The notes under the pieces: model-generated | Seen by the model: only the letters and a program-made list of their open reading frames with translations | Database searches by the model: none | What the model was told of the DNA's origin: nothing | NCBI GenBank assembly: GCA_964057225.1 | Contig: OZ059895.1 | Coordinates: 15,748,001-15,812,000 of the forward strand | Length of the DNA: 64,000 nt | Origin: Auanema rhodensis | Taxonomy: Eukaryota > Animalia > Nematoda | Direction: 5' to 3' | Position numbers and translations under genes: made by a program | Part shown: positions 26,416 to 56,530 of the stretch, piece by piece | How positions within the stretch are numbered: the stretch's first letter is position 1 | Layout of the letters: each line of letters begins with the position of its first letter

Positions 26416-26490
26416 AATAATTCTTGATTTATCATTTTGAAATTAGCTTATATCATGTATATTTATTAGGTGAAACAGTATTGTAACGAG

Positions 26491-27978
26491 TTATCGTTGA
26501 TATGTGTGATGGCAATGCATGAGAAGTAGCTTGTAGTCGACGACTGATTGGTTTAGAAGCTGAACAAGTTTGTTATTATAGTTGTCTTCAAAGAAATCAA
26601 ACTTACTCATTGTAAAATATTGTTTTGGATTGTATTCGAGACACAATTTGTAAATTCCTTGACGAATTGCTCGATTAAGAATAATATAGGCAAAAGGTGG
26701 AAGACCTAAATCATTGAACATTCATTGAATGATGAAGAAAATTAGTAGCACTTGTTGCTAACTGATACAAAAGTCCAGTAAATTTCTGTATGATAGCAGG
26801 ACATTCGAAAAAAAAGTTGAATACATGTAAAGAGGCGGCCATATTGCTTATGGTTACTGTAGCTAAGCATTGGCAAAAAAGCTGAAAAGAGACTAAAGTT
26901 GGTTATTGATGTGGAGAAGGTGAAGACCATAAATTGACGTCGTCTATCTATCATTGATCCAAAATTCTTTTCTAAGTGTTTGGTTATATTGATACACAGA
27001 ATAATACTTAATGTGCTATTACATGAAAGAAGTATAGTGTTGTTGTATACAAGCATATGACCAAAGTACTGCAAAAACGATTTGTTTGTACTTCTCGCAT
27101 GGAATATAGGCTTGTACCAGCCACCAGATATGATACTCACTTGAGATGAAGCATTTTCATAGATCTGTGGGTCCCATAAATCCACTCCACTATTTAGATC
27201 CAGTAGCACAGGTAATTCACAGCTCAAGCAGTAAAGCCCGATTGATACAGGAATACACATAAGGATAGGTGTGTATTTTCCATTAAAGATATCTGTCCAT
27301 AGTTTGTTTCTATAAGGTTTGTATTGAAAACTTGAAGCTTAGAGCTTACTTGGGTGAATTCAATTCAACAAATCGATTCATGATCAGAATGGAAGAGAGT
27401 AAGGAGGTTGTTATCCATGCACCTGAAAGATGAAATCGATGGTATAAGCAAAGATGGAGTTTGAAGTATACTTGAAGCGAAAAGGCCAACGACATAAAGT
27501 GTATTTGGATAATCACAGAATACAATTCCATAATAGTAGATAAATCCTTAAAAATTCGAATTGTTGATAGAAAGATTAGAGAATATACCGTATGTTATGC
27601 AACTGTAAACTGTTCCACACATATCACAGAACGATATAACTACCATAATCTTATATGCTGTACATACAAAGTTGGTAGGTTCTAGCATTACCTTAACGCA
27701 GAGAATGAAGAGAATCTGAATCTTGCAAGTAATTTAAGTTGGCCACCATGTTGATTCAGCTCACTTCACTCACAACACCGAACACGAAAGAACATGTTCC
27801 ATAATGTATTTCGGGTTCAAAGATATTCATCTCGATCATCTTAGGAGTTCGTGCACTTGAAAGGTGAAAAGCTTAGAGCTTGAACATGACACACAAGACT
27901 CTGGGAAAGAGCAATGACTGACCTGCAGTTGTACAGAGGATCGTTAGTGATACTACCATATCGGATGAGTCGTTCCAT
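26491..27978 (-). CDS. Serpentine chemoreceptor (7TM GPCR), Srt-like family
   Basis: Spliced MERLIRYGSITNDPLYNCSARTP..., TAYKIMVVISFCD, GIVFCDYPNTLYVVG, WITTSLLSSILIMNRFVEL, LWDP, LPPFAYIILNRAIR; these are Srt-type motifs. Confidence 0.82.
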
Positions 27979-29977
27979 GAATGAATAGTTAAGGTAGGAA
28001 ATCAGATGGATATCAGGAGAAGCACAGATGGATTAATATGAAAAACTGAGACAACATTCTGAAAATAGCTATTGCTAGAAGTACAAAAATGAAAATTAAA
28101 CACTCAAGCTATTCTAAGAATTATTGAAGATATTTATAAAAGATTATAAAACAAACAATATAATTGTACTTGATTATATGTACTAATTTCTTGACGGTTT
28201 CATTATTTAAATATACATTGTTTCAATAGTTTGATTCAATTTTTCATGTTAATATTCCAATATTTTTGCTTTTCATTGTACGTGCTTCTATGTAATTTAT
28301 GCTCATATCTTCTGATAATAACACATTGTATCCAGTAATTTATTCGAATATAGGAAATGCTAAAACCACAAATTTCTTAAATATCCTATTCCGATAGTTG
28401 GTAACCTTTATATATCTTCATGTATCCACTGATTACCGTTTTGAGAGGCTCAAGCTTAGACTTATTATTGCCGGGGGGTGGCAAGAGGCTACAGATGAAT
28501 CAATGAAGCACTTGCCTAAGTTTCCATGAGGATGCTACGTAATCGCATTCAAACAACGTTGTCTTTACTGTCTTAACTGTATTTTATTTTGTATATTATT
28601 GCTTAATTCATTAATATATAATTTAAAAAAAAATAAATTTATAATATAAAATATTTAATTTTTATGCTGTCGATGAAAAAAACACTCGGCGGCATTGAAA
28701 AAACTAGAAATCTGACTTAGAAAAAGATCACAATAAAAATAAAAATTTGTTAATAACATGTTCTTAAGAATATGGGATGTGGGAGGAGGCAGGGCTGGTG
28801 GGAAGCTGTTGTTGGTTTGTAAGGTATTGGGTGTGCAGGGTCGGTGGGGGCTGGTAGAAATACGACACATAATCTATAATATTATTGAAATTATAAGAAT
28901 AATACAAAAAAGATGATAACAGATTAAGCTGAATAATGAAAATTCAAGATATATTTCATATTTGTGTAAATATAATTGATGATGTACATAGAAAGATAAA
29001 AAATATTGTTAAGACACAAATATAGGAGATGAGAAAATGATTATTCTAACTATATGAAATAGTAATTTCTTGATATAATTACATTATGCTGTTCACAACC
29101 GGCATCAGAAGAATATGAATATTCATATGTATATTGATTATTTGATTTTGAAAAAGAAATATCTTCATCAGATATTCAAAAGGCATCTTATGTATATCTT
29201 TTCGTTTCTCAAAATATTAATTAGAAAATTAAGAAATGATTGCTATGGATGGAAGACAAACAAACAAACCAAAAAACACAAAAAACTGAGCAAGTAGTGT
29301 TGATGAAAGGCGATCGTTAGACACACAGATATACAACATTGAGATTGTAAGTATTCATAGATGTGTAAATGCATTTTGATACCAGAGATAGACGTATGTT
29401 AGAGAGCATCAGATGAATATCTAGTTGCTGCTGCTAGCTGTGTCTTCTGTAACTAAAATTCTAGAGCATAAACAAGAATTTTCGGGTAGAAATGATATAT
29501 TTCCGTCTAAGTTCCCGGTATGTTTACTTATGCTACTTAGACATCTATCAAACCTAATCATGCTGCTATAGAACAGATATATCAATATGATATTCAGGTT
29601 GGAAAGGAGGGAGGGAGGAAGGGAGGGAGGGAGAGGAAGGGAAGTGCTTTTCTATCAGAGTTTATGAGGTATATATACGGTCTTTTAGATTATAGTCGAA
29701 TGATTCAGAAAGGCATTTGATATAGAAGTCGAAGTGTTTTGAGTCACGTTCAGTCGGTTAAGTCTGATTATCCCGCTATCATATGTAAGGGCACTTGCGT
29801 AAAAGCTTGAGAATATAAATGAAATTTTCTCATTGAATGAGGAAAATGAAGAAAAAAAACGAATATTGGATTTGGAAAAGAGTATAGGAAGAGAAAGGGA
29901 CACTGAGGCTAGAACCGTTTTAGTCTATGACAGAGCAGATGTGGATACTTCATTGGAGGAAAGCTCATCCGGCATGG

Positions 29978-44790
<14,813 letters not shown>

Positions 44791-45115
44791 AACATTAAAG
44801 GATCTACTCTATGCAGATTGAAACTGTGACTATGGTACCCGAATATAGTCTGAAAAGAGAAGAATCAACGATATGTACATACATGTCTATGATGTGAGCT
44901 AGTAGTAAAGAAAAGTAGGTGAAACATGATGAAAGATTCAATTAAGATGAGAAAAAGACAACGAAATTGGAAAGATAAACCTGTAAATGAAAGAAAATAT
45001 CGCACAAATATGAAATTATTTGTAGGATGATGAACGAGAAATACGGAAGCTACTTCAGTTCCAAAAGAGAAGAATATATTCAGAGGTAAATGGAGGACTT
45101 GAAGAGGAAGAGAAT

Positions 45116-45155
<40 letters not shown>

Positions 45156-45483
45156 TGGACATAGAGAGAAAGAGGTGGACACAGAGGGCATAATTACATG
45201 AAAGAGTGAAAGAAGAACATGAATAAGGTGAATGGAAGAAAAAATCGATGAGAAAACGAGAACTGAACGACGAGGCTGTCGGTAGGAAGATGTCTGAACG
45301 AAGGAGATGTGGATGAGAGAATTAAGGATAGACTGAATCGAAAAGGTGTACAACAACGATTTCCTTGCTATTTAGTGAATTTATAGAATTTTAACACACG
45401 TCAAGATGTCAAATATGCAAGAACGGTGAAGGGGGCAGTATGTTAGTGAGGATGACAAGAGGAACGGGGAGGGAGAGAGAGAT

Positions 45484-45520
<37 letters not shown>

Positions 45521-45880
45521 ACGAGAGAGAGACAGTAAGTTACTTTAACCTTCAGTTTTTTTTTCTTTTTGAGGAAAAAAACTTTTCATTTAGAATGTGC
45601 GAAAGAAGAGATTAGATAGCCTGTCTCTGTCAACTGTGCTCTAAAGCAAAAGCATGTTCCAATATAGTGAAAATGAAAAATGAAATACAAATAAAAAAGT
45701 TTTTTTAGTTCATTGTATCTTATGGAGAAGAGGAAAATGATATATATAAACATGGAAAATAGGAATAATTGATTGATTCAATCATACAATATGTGGTAAT
45801 AGATGGACAGTAAACGACGACGACACAGACAGTAGACAGTACAGCTTACAGAAAATTCGGAGAGACAAAGAGAGAGTGAG

Positions 45881-45919
<39 letters not shown>

Positions 45920-47142
45920 ATGCAAAATAATGTTACAAAAATTGTTTTTTTTAAGTGAGTGATAACGGAACAGAACATGATTCATTCACTGGTTCATGTA
46001 TGATGCACCCAGTGCCACGAGCTGCTGCGCACAAAATCAAAGCGAGAACGCAAGAATCAGAGAAGCAGGTCAACTAAGAAGACATAACATCAAAAATCGA
46101 TTGAAGTTACGGTTGACAAGCAGAAAATCAGAAATTGAAAGAGAGAGAGAGAGGGGTGAAGATATGCTTAAGGAATTATCATTGACAAACTTAGCAACAG
46201 ACAACACATGCCGGAACTATCTTGTTGTGAATACTTGGAATGAGATTACAGTCAAAGGGAGTTAAGTAGAAGTCATTGTGCATCAAGTTTGTTCTTCACA
46301 CTATACGATAACAGAACAACATTCTTTCCCTGTAAGAGGGAGAGAAAGAAAGAGAGAGAGAGAGAGAAATAGAGAGAGAGAGAGAGAGAAATGATGTGAG
46401 ATAAGGGTTTTGAAAATTATTGCAAACGAATATCAATAATATGATTATACACATAGAAACAGTGATAGGTTGTTGCTAGCTGAACGATGAAGGAAGTTCA
46501 AAACTAGATGATTTAAGTCAAATTAAGGAATGGGACGAAATGATTTGAGTACAATACAAATCAGGCTAACTCTACTAGTAGAACTAATTTGTTTCGTAGC
46601 AAATATGATGTGAATACGATAACAACAAAAATGTATTGAAGGTAGAGAGAGAAAGAGAGAGAGAGGTGGGAGGGAGAGGAGAGAGAGAAAGAGAGGGAGA
46701 TATATGAGAAAAGTAGGAGAAAGTAGGAGAAAGTAGATAATACATTATAAAATCACATTGAATATGAAATGAAGTGATGTTAAATGACCAAAATTATAAT
46801 GAAAATATGTAGTCGGCTAGGTTAATGTGTTAATCCAAACGTTAGGCCAAATCAAAGAAACACTAATAATAACGAAAAGCGAAAACGGGACAGATAGATA
46901 TCTTGAGAGAGAGAGAGAGAGAGAGAAAACAGAAAAATTGATGTACCCATTGAAAAGAGCGTAAGAGGGCGTAGTCAATATACGAAGAGAAAAGAGTTTA
47001 TTATATTCTAAGTGAAGCATGATAAACATAACATCGAATGGTATTATCGAATTGTATTAAAGTATAAGAAGACTATGACAGGAGGATTCATGAATGATCC
47101 AATGAAAAATTATAAGAAGTGAGAAAACGACGATATAGAGGG

Positions 47143-47206
<64 letters not shown>

Positions 47207-50200
47207 ATAGGAAAGAATTGAGGCATTTGAAGGCAATACTGGAATATATATTTGTAGCACATGAAAAGGCTGCATGATGACGTCAAATATTGGAAGAAAA
47301 AAGTGAAAAGAAAAAAGAGGATTAGACAACTAATATAACCATTATTAGTTTTGTTAATGAATAGAATAACAACAATAACAACAATAATAAATTTAATAGA
47401 AAAAATGATAAATCATCCATGAATTGAAGTAAGAATGGTTAGGAAGTCGTGAGAAATGAAATAAAGAGGCTTATCTGCTAGATGGACAGAAACATATTGA
47501 CATAGAAACATTGAAACCGAGAGATAGTTGCAAACAAAAATAAATAAAATGAATGGCGATGACCGGGTGGCTGTGAGAAGCCCGGAAACTAGACTGCACA
47601 ATCTACCGGACCTTCTGCTTTTCCACATAAAAGGAGTGAAAAGAAGGTGAGCTGAACAGTGCTATTAGACAACGATGACAATCGTCGTCGCAAAAGCCAT
47701 GAGAAGAAGGATCGACGGCTAGTCGATGTGGGTGAGAGAGAGAGCAAGAGGTGCAGAGCGCTGAGAAAGAGCTTTTGGAATGAATGGACCTAGAGAAGGC
47801 CAAGGAGAGTGGAGTGGAATACAAGACGTCTAGAAAGGGTAACGACCGAACAAGAGACAAAATGCGAAAAAAACAGAATAAACAAAGCATAGTGTGTGAA
47901 ACAGTATGAAAACGCTAGAGGGTTCAAGATAACGAAAAAGGTGAAGCTGGAGTCGTAAAAGCTGATTCGCCAAACAATTCAGCTGAAGGCTTGAGGTACC
48001 AAGAAACTGACAACATCAAGCCAATAGCAATAGGGTATAGAGCAAAGGTAAGCTGTTGATAAGCAACATGAAAGATATATACTCTAAGGCTCTTCCACTG
48101 TAATAGCTATGACTACTGCAAAGATTAGGTTGGATATGCCGATCAAATATTCTAAAAATCATAAAAACTTAACTATTACAAAATCAATATAAGTTATACT
48201 TGCAAACGATACACAAAGCTATAGAGGTCATACACAAAAGCAAACGAAACCATGAAGATGACGATTGAAAAGAGTTTTTTTCTCATATTTATGACTACCT
48301 TACACATCACACATTTTGAATTTTTCAATATGCGACGAAATACAAGAATATTCTCAAGAACAGCAGAAAGATGTTGTTAAATCATTGAAATTCAGAGGGA
48401 GGGAGAAGGGGGAGACGACAATTTTTTTTTGTTTGGAATTTCAGTCTTACATGTTCATCAATGAAATTGACAAACTACATGCATAGTGTTATGCATATAC
48501 ATCGTGAATCGTGAAGAAAAAGTGAAATTTTTTTTTCTTTTTGATTTGGAACACAAATCAAGGATAGCTGTACATGATGAAGAAGAACAATAACATCATT
48601 CGTATCTTGTTGTACTGTTTCGTGACAATATGAAGAAGAAAGAGAAAAAAAGCTGAGAAAAAAAACATTAAACTATGATTACGTGAAATGAAATTTCTCA
48701 ATACAATATAGTTGTGGGATTAAAATGGTTTTATGAAGAGATATTACATATATATATATAGAAATAGTTAGATATATAGATCAAAGTATTATGTGAATGT
48801 ATGTTTTTCAGTAGGACATCATCGCACTGACGAATAACTTGAATGAAACACTTCACGTAAAAATGAATGATATGTGGTTGGTATGAAGAAGAAGAAGAAG
48901 ATGAAGAAGAAAACGTTTTTTTAGACGGATTGACAGAAACATCGTTGTAGGTAGTAGTTGTAGGTTAGAATTCCTGGTTGTCCTGAATTCATAGTTGTCT
49001 GTCATACTTACTAACTTTTTCTTTTTTTTTTTAGAAGTTCTAGTTTTCTGGTCGACATAACATGAAAATGGATAGAGGACAGTTGAAAGAGAGGAGAAAC
49101 ACGAAACACGAAGAGAAAAGCTGAAGCAAGAGAGAGAGAGAGAGAGGGAAAGAGAGAAAGATTGAAAGGTAAATTGAGTATGTGGTAGGAGATCACACCG
49201 AGAGAGAGAAAAAGATAGGTGAGCTTTGCATTGGTGAAATGCGAGATGATGACAGAGAGCGTTAGCTAAATGAAATATATTATAACAGAGAAAAAGCTTA
49301 ATATAATAGTTAAAAACATAAATCAATAAAAAAAACAAAAAAAAACCAAAAAATAGCTCATGAATCAATTGAATTGATAGTCCCGAAAGTTATGAATAAT
49401 TTGCAAGAAAAAAAAGATTACAGAGACTGAACTGATTAGTGGGTGAAAACATGCTATTGGCCTCTCTTCTCTCACAATCTTCTTCTACCTCTACTCAATA
49501 AGTCGTAAGAAAACACAGTTAAAGCTATTGTATGCTAAAACAACAACTACGTAAAAATGAAAAAAATGAGTAAAAGTAGATGCATAAACATGTCAACAAG
49601 CTCCAAATATCATAAGTTTTGAAGTAAGTTGCCAATCCTGGTATGTATGCTTGAGATAAAGAGAGAGAGAGAGAGGGAGAGAGAGAGAGAGAGAAAGCAG
49701 TAAGAGAGAAAAACAGTTGTCACTTCATGCAGATACGAAACGAAGGAAAATGAAAACATGACGCATACGCAAACTACTCCATCTGTCGCTTCTCATATGC
49801 TTAGTCCCAGTTGACCATGGTGAGGAGTTTAGAGCAAGGCATCTAGCTTACCAGCAGCCACGTGTGCTTCTTTCATACATCGCAACTAGCATTCATTGTC
49901 GTCAAAGCAAATGATGCTGATGATGAGGATGATGATGCTGCTGTTGATGAAATTGTCATATCTGACAATTGATGTGAATATGACAAAGTGATAATCACAA
50001 AATACAATGAGAAAGAGCATAATGACGGAATGCCAGCTGCTAATCGGCAATCAACTCCTCCCCCTCCTCTACCAAGCTAGAAAAGAAGAGCAATTGAGGG
50101 ACAAGGTAATTTGAGAATTAGCAACAGCTTGGGAGGGAGGGGGGGGGGGATTTTCATTGAGCTTCTTTGACCATCAAAAACATTCATTTAGTACTTTATC

Positions 50201-52418
50201 TTGTTCGTTTCAAATTGTAACATCGCTCACAGAGCATAAAGACACAAAACCATCTGACAAACAAGATCAAATAAACGGCAATATAGATGAAGTCAATTAC
50301 GACAGGAAGGTCAATGAGAAAAAAGCCTATTAAAGCTAAAATAGCTGAGTTAGCAATGTAGTATCAAGTCCGTACTATAAGCAGTTTATGTGTATATGTG
50401 TCTGTGTCTCTGTGTGTGTGTGAATAAGTATAGAAAAATATACAATTTGAGATGAGAAAGACAAGAAAAGCGGACATCGTCAAGCTAGAATCCAGTATTT
50501 AATTATATCTCACCAATTAATGGCTATATGAATTTTACAGCCGACAACGAGGGCATGAATATGCGACGATAGATACAGCTTAGCATGCTTAGGCAACGCT
50601 ATAACGCTCTATCCGAATTCGCATGCGTTTAAAATCTCAAAAGTAATAAAAAATTATAAAATGTGAAGAAAGAACAGACAAACGGAAAAGTGAAAAGATG
50701 AACGTAAAATAGCAGCAAGTGAAGAATGAGCGAAAAATGAAGGCAGAAGACGGCAACAGCGAAAAGCTCAAAAAGACAATTCGTTGGTGAGATATGTATG
50801 CAGCTCAAAAGATATAAATCTTTAAAAAAAAGAGAAAATAGAAGAAAAAAATGCTAAAAGCGAACACACACTGCTTTAATATTAATGTAGATTCTATGAG
50901 CTAAAACAATGTGCTGTGGTATTTCCTCGTTAGCCTTCTTTGAATTATCCTGTTTCTCTTTCTCTCTCCTTCTCTCTCTCTCTCTGTGTCTTCTGTGGTC
51001 TTCATTCTTTAACTGTTAGTCTGTTTGACAAAAGCTACATGGCAAAAACAGAAGATCATTAGATGGAAATTTAGTTATTAGACGGACTCTCGACTGGGTA
51101 GAAACTAAACAATGCGGAGAAATAAGCTAAGCTACAGATTTCAATGTGCTGACGTTTTATGACAGAAATTACATTTCATCAGATAATTGAAGAAGCAGCT
51201 TTAAATTGGAAAACAGATTTACAAGCTATGCATGCATTCAAAAAGATTTTTGGCACAGACACGATGACAGTAAGAGATAAAGCAAGTTAAGGAAAGTGGG
51301 AAGAGCAGAACGATAAACAGATAACAAATCAGAATTAAGAGAAATATAATGATAAACAACTATATACTATACATATACATATATAGATATATAGATATAT
51401 ATGATCACATAATGTTCAAACTTCATGACCAACTTAGTACATATGATTCAGAACTGGGTTACAAGCTGCCACCTGAAGCATATTGAATTGCAATTTGGAT
51501 TCAACAGACATCAAATAATATTGAAACAATTTTAAGTGACCATAAAATAAAATAACATATAGTATAAGTAATATTAAATAGTAAATAGCATAGTTAACGA
51601 ATAATAGTTAACGATTTAGACGAATATACATACACATATATATGTATTGAATGCATAACTATATTAAGATATAGTAAAAAGGTCAAAGTGTGGGCATATA
51701 TGACAATGGCTATAAGATAGCAATGCTCATTCATCTTTGTCGAATCGAAAAACATTCGTAGACGACGGATTTCGACGTTTTAGCCGTTGCAGGCCTTTCA
51801 TTGGCACTGAGAGATAGCATCCAGCGACAACGCTGGTGAAGGCAACTAACTGAAGTCAATCGACGGCAACTATGCAAACTATAATGACAAAAGAAGATTC
51901 GTATTGACGTGTAAGATACATCTGTTTGCTATGATGTATGAACGAGATGAGGTATGGCTAACTTCCCTCTTCCAATTGTCTTTTTATTTAAACGAAGGTC
52001 AGGCTATATACACTTATGAGTAAATGTAGATGAATGAATGATGAGCATGAAGAAGACGATGACGGTATTAAGCTTGGAGGGGGGGGAAGGGAAGTTTGAG
52101 AAGTATTGGAACAACAACAAACAGCTCATTATGAAATATGTACGTATGTTTGTTGAAGGATTTGTAGCTGAACTACAAATTAGCGACCAAATAAGAAGAA
52201 AGCTAATGAAGATAGCTGTTTGACATTGAATAAAAGCTCTCACAAATGGCTGATGACCATAAACGAAAATTTAGTTGCATCGACATCAGGCTCAGTGATA
52301 ACTAGAAAATACGGGTTTTAAGTCATATCCATCTCAATCTCTGTATTCAATATCTATATAGGCAAGGACTAGCCGCAAAAACAACCAAGAGGAGAGATAT
52401 CGAGGAATTTACAAAGAT

Positions 52419-52477
<59 letters not shown>

Positions 52478-55400
52478 TGGAAAGACAGAGAGGTTGTAGA
52501 AAGAAAGAACAAGAACTAAAAGAGAAATGAAGAGGAATCAAGAGGTATCATAATGATGTATGCGTGTCATATAAAATCAAAGCTGTTGCGAATGTTATCG
52601 TTAAAGCATATACATCAACGTAACGATGACATGTAGCTGGCAAGTTCTCTTTTAGATAATTAATAATCATCAGCTAGATTCAGCTTTAAAGTCCAAAAGC
52701 TATGTATTATGCGTGAAGACCGGCCGATGTATCAACGCATATGACATGCTTATGTTCGATAGAAATACAGATTATTGCCTGAAGCGATAATGATGATGAC
52801 AAAGAAGCTTGAAGATGAACAAAAGAAATACAAATATAGCCACAACGCATATTCCTGATAAGCAAAGATCATCAACAACTTGACATCGATACGAACCGTT
52901 AAAATACATTTGAAAACAATGTTTAGATAATGAAACTCAAGCCAGTTCAAGATGATGATAAGACGGAGAGGAGAAGCCGACGAAAAGACATTTATCATCC
53001 AGATTAATGAAATAGTCATCTCAATGATCATATACGAGTTATATAAATACTAGAAAAATTGAATAACAAACAGCATCAAGTTGATATAGTAAGCATAGTA
53101 AGTAGCATGAGTAGGTATTAGCAGAATTTGTGCGATCATAGTTTTATGAATCTGGCACATACTGTGCAAATTCAATTGAGCATCATGTTTAGCTATAGGA
53201 TAACCTATGAACTTGTCTGTTATAATTCAGTTGCTTGTTCCATTTGTATTGTATTTGTTTGTTTGTTTGTCACTGCAAGAACGTTCTTCAACGAATAACA
53301 AAAAGGAAGACAGACAAGGAAGAGGAGAGGGGAAGAGGAGAGTCGAATAGTTATAGCAAAAGGATAGAAGGTCAGAAGCTATTTTCAAACCAATCAATAA
53401 TCAAAGAAAAAGGAAAAATAATAAAAATAATTTTTCACATAATCTGTATATAGATATGAATGAAGAAAGGCTGTATAAGTTTAATGATTTTTCATCAATG
53501 CATGTGTACATAACACTGAATTTAAGGTCAATAAGAATATTTGAGGGGTACAGTTAACGAAATAATGAAAATTGTGCTATTAACCTATAAAAACTTAGAA
53601 TCATGTGGTTGGAAAAAATTAAGACTATCTGAAATGAATAATCAAAGACAGACAGATTTTTACGATGATGATGATGATGATGATGATTGTATATGAAACT
53701 TAGAGAAGAATTGTAGAGATTCTGATCGGTGATCGGATGAAAATTCTCTTTCTCTTTTCCATTTTTTTTTATTTCAACTTGGTCAACTGATCGGTAGCGA
53801 GTTCGGATAAGCCGAACAAACAGATCTACAACGTGGGGGCAAAGAAAAGCATCAGATCGGCGGCGAGCTCAGATTCTCAAACAGTTCAACAGATGCTCAG
53901 AGCTATTTTCAATCGAGTACACACTGTTTCATTTATATTTTTAAAATCTTAAAATAAACTATGAACAAGAGACAAGTATTGATAATGTTTAATTGTATAA
54001 TGAGATATGAAGACATGCAATGATTATTATAGAATAATAGATAAATCATAGCAAGATGCTTATGTAAGCAGTGCAATTGAACAAATATGCAGGTTTTGAA
54101 GAAGAAGAAGAAGAAGAAAAAAAACTTGAACTTGAACTTTCTCTTCATATTACATGGGTGGGTGGGAGAAAAGGGGCACAGGAGGGAGACAGCATTTGAT
54201 GAAGAAAGTACAGAAGTGACGAACAATTATGGCGAACAGATGGTGTTAAACTAATGATAATGCTATGATGATAATGAAATGATGCTATAATCAGGATATA
54301 GATGACTAATATTCAACAAAAAAAAAACGATAAAAGGAAAGGAAAAGGAAGAAGATCAGCATTGCATCTGAATTCATTCACCCACCTCCCCTCCACATTC
54401 ACCCAACACCTACCGGGCCCAACTACATTTAACACAAAAAAAAGTGTTATTATTATCTTCATAAACAGTAATTGCTCATAGAGAAAAACAGATTGAAAAC
54501 TAAAGAGACAGAATAGATGAAAGGTGCACACATACACAGATACGACGACACAGACGTACACACACACACGTCGAAATTGTCAAATCGCTAGACTCCTCCA
54601 TATAGATGGGATAGAATCAATATTAGTGATGACCGAAATCGGCTTAAAGCAGTATAAGAGAAATGAGAGATGGAAAATGAGGCAGTATACTGATGAAGGG
54701 CACAGGAAATTGAGGAACAAGACAAGGAGGACGATGCAAATACTAAGATATGCAAACTGTATAAGGCGAGAGCAGTCAAAAACTGATTAGCGATGAATTA
54801 ATGGGCTCATATTTGGATAAGATGTTGCTGACATGTCTTCTGACGCTCAAGAAAGGAATGATAGAAAGAAAGAGAAAGAGAGGATTAAAGCAGGTAGAAA
54901 ATGCTGAAAATGCTGTTCTTGACGATGATGTTGAAGGCGTTCCTGCTGTATTGGTTGTAACGTGGAACATCTATGTATATGTTTGAAAGCAATTCACTAT
55001 TATGTTCATATCATGATAATACTGACAGTAATCATCATCATCATAAACATAGTTTCAAAAACGGGTTCTTAAAATGGCTATTGAGGACTTTCGGAAGAAG
55101 TCGAGAAAATTAAAGAGAGTGAGTGAGCGAGAGAGAAAGGAGAAAAGGAAAGAGACACAGAGAGAGAAAGAGAGAGAGAGAAAGGGAGAGAGAGAAAAGA
55201 GACTAAAACGTTCTTCTATCTACATAAGGTAGATGAAAACGTTATCTCAGAAATATATGTGTATGTAGGAGAAAGACGAACCGAATTCAATGAAAATTAA
55301 GGTCAGTAGATAGATACTTCTTCGTATTGCTAACCATCTCATTTCAACATAACACATTTCAAGAATGAAAAAGAAACAACATCGTACTTTGAAGCATGAA

Positions 55401-56474
55401 CTTAATCTTCAAATAACTCTCGCATTTATGAAATGGCAATGTTCAAAAACATGAGCTCAAAACATCAAAGATTTCTAACGATTATGAAAAATCTGATCAC
55501 TGAATATTTCGATTGTTTTATGGAAAAAAAAAGTTTTTTTTTGACATGAGTTTGCATTTGTCGGCGATAAACTGGAAACTTTAATAGAATCACTGATAAT
55601 ACCATGCCAAGCGAATTTTAAAAAAAAATTCCATCAACCATTTCAAATAGCATATCACAGATAAATAATGAATAAGTATTCGAAATTGTGTATATAATAT
55701 AGAATATAGAATATATATATATATATAGTTATATATAAGATAACCCCATATATGTGTGTGGAACATTGTTATGACTGACTGAGGCAAACTGGTAGAAAAC
55801 TGGAAAGCCACAACACGGAACACAGTAACAAGCGAGGAGAATTAGAGAAAACGAGATAAATAGTCCACTTTAAACGACCTCAGTCATTCATCCAATACTA
55901 ATTTCCTTTCTCACTTTACCTGGTTTGCAGATAATAAAGGTAACGTACGATTTTTGAACTAGCCACTGAAATTAAGTGGTACTTACAACAATATTTTCTT
56001 GGTAAGACAGAAGTGCGGAAAGAAAAATTTCGAAGCAATATAACCTTGACCATCGGGGTGAGGGGGACAGATTCAATTATTCGTCTTCCAACAACCCGCA
56101 ATCCGCCTCTTGCCATCGCTTCAGATGACCTTAGATGAAAACTAACTAACAGCTAATAGGATAGATCTTTTCGTAAAACTGATTACTTGTGATGAATAGC
56201 ACTAAGTAAGATGAAATAGCCAACTGGAGGGTGGTCATAGAAACAACGTGTGAAGAAAACAAATCAAAACACACAAGTTCATAACAGAATCAAAGTTATG
56301 ATTTTCTAACAGCCAGTCAGTCCATACAACATATAGATGTATGTACATCCATACATTCATATGCATGCATCATTGATGTCATTATGAAATAAAAAGCCAA
56401 ATTAGAAGAGAATAGTTAGAATAGCAGGCAATATACTAGTAGAAAGATAAAAAAGTGAGAAAAGAGAGAGAAAA

Positions 56475-56530
<56 letters not shown>

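Larger units (their letters stand above)
23920..26442 (+). repeat. Tandem array of ~320-bp units: 7 near-identical copies plus an 8th with a different central body
   Basis: Unit starts (aaaactttcgtttc) at 23920, 24241, 24561, 24880, 25200, 25519, 25838, 26158. Confidence 0.98.

Noticed and set aside
23920-26442. CRISPR array or simple satellite interpretation of the 320-bp repeats
   Set aside because: Eukaryotic context, no short repeat/unique spacer alternation and no cas genes. Strand-specific structure and the Sm-like module argue against a featureless satellite, though that is not excluded.
55916-56116. Minus-strand ORF ending at a donor (AG|GTAAAG) as a coding first exon of dapk-1
   Set aside because: The dapk-1 ATG exon has an in-frame TAG between its acceptor (~44850) and the ATG, so upstream exons could only be untranslated; no other support.
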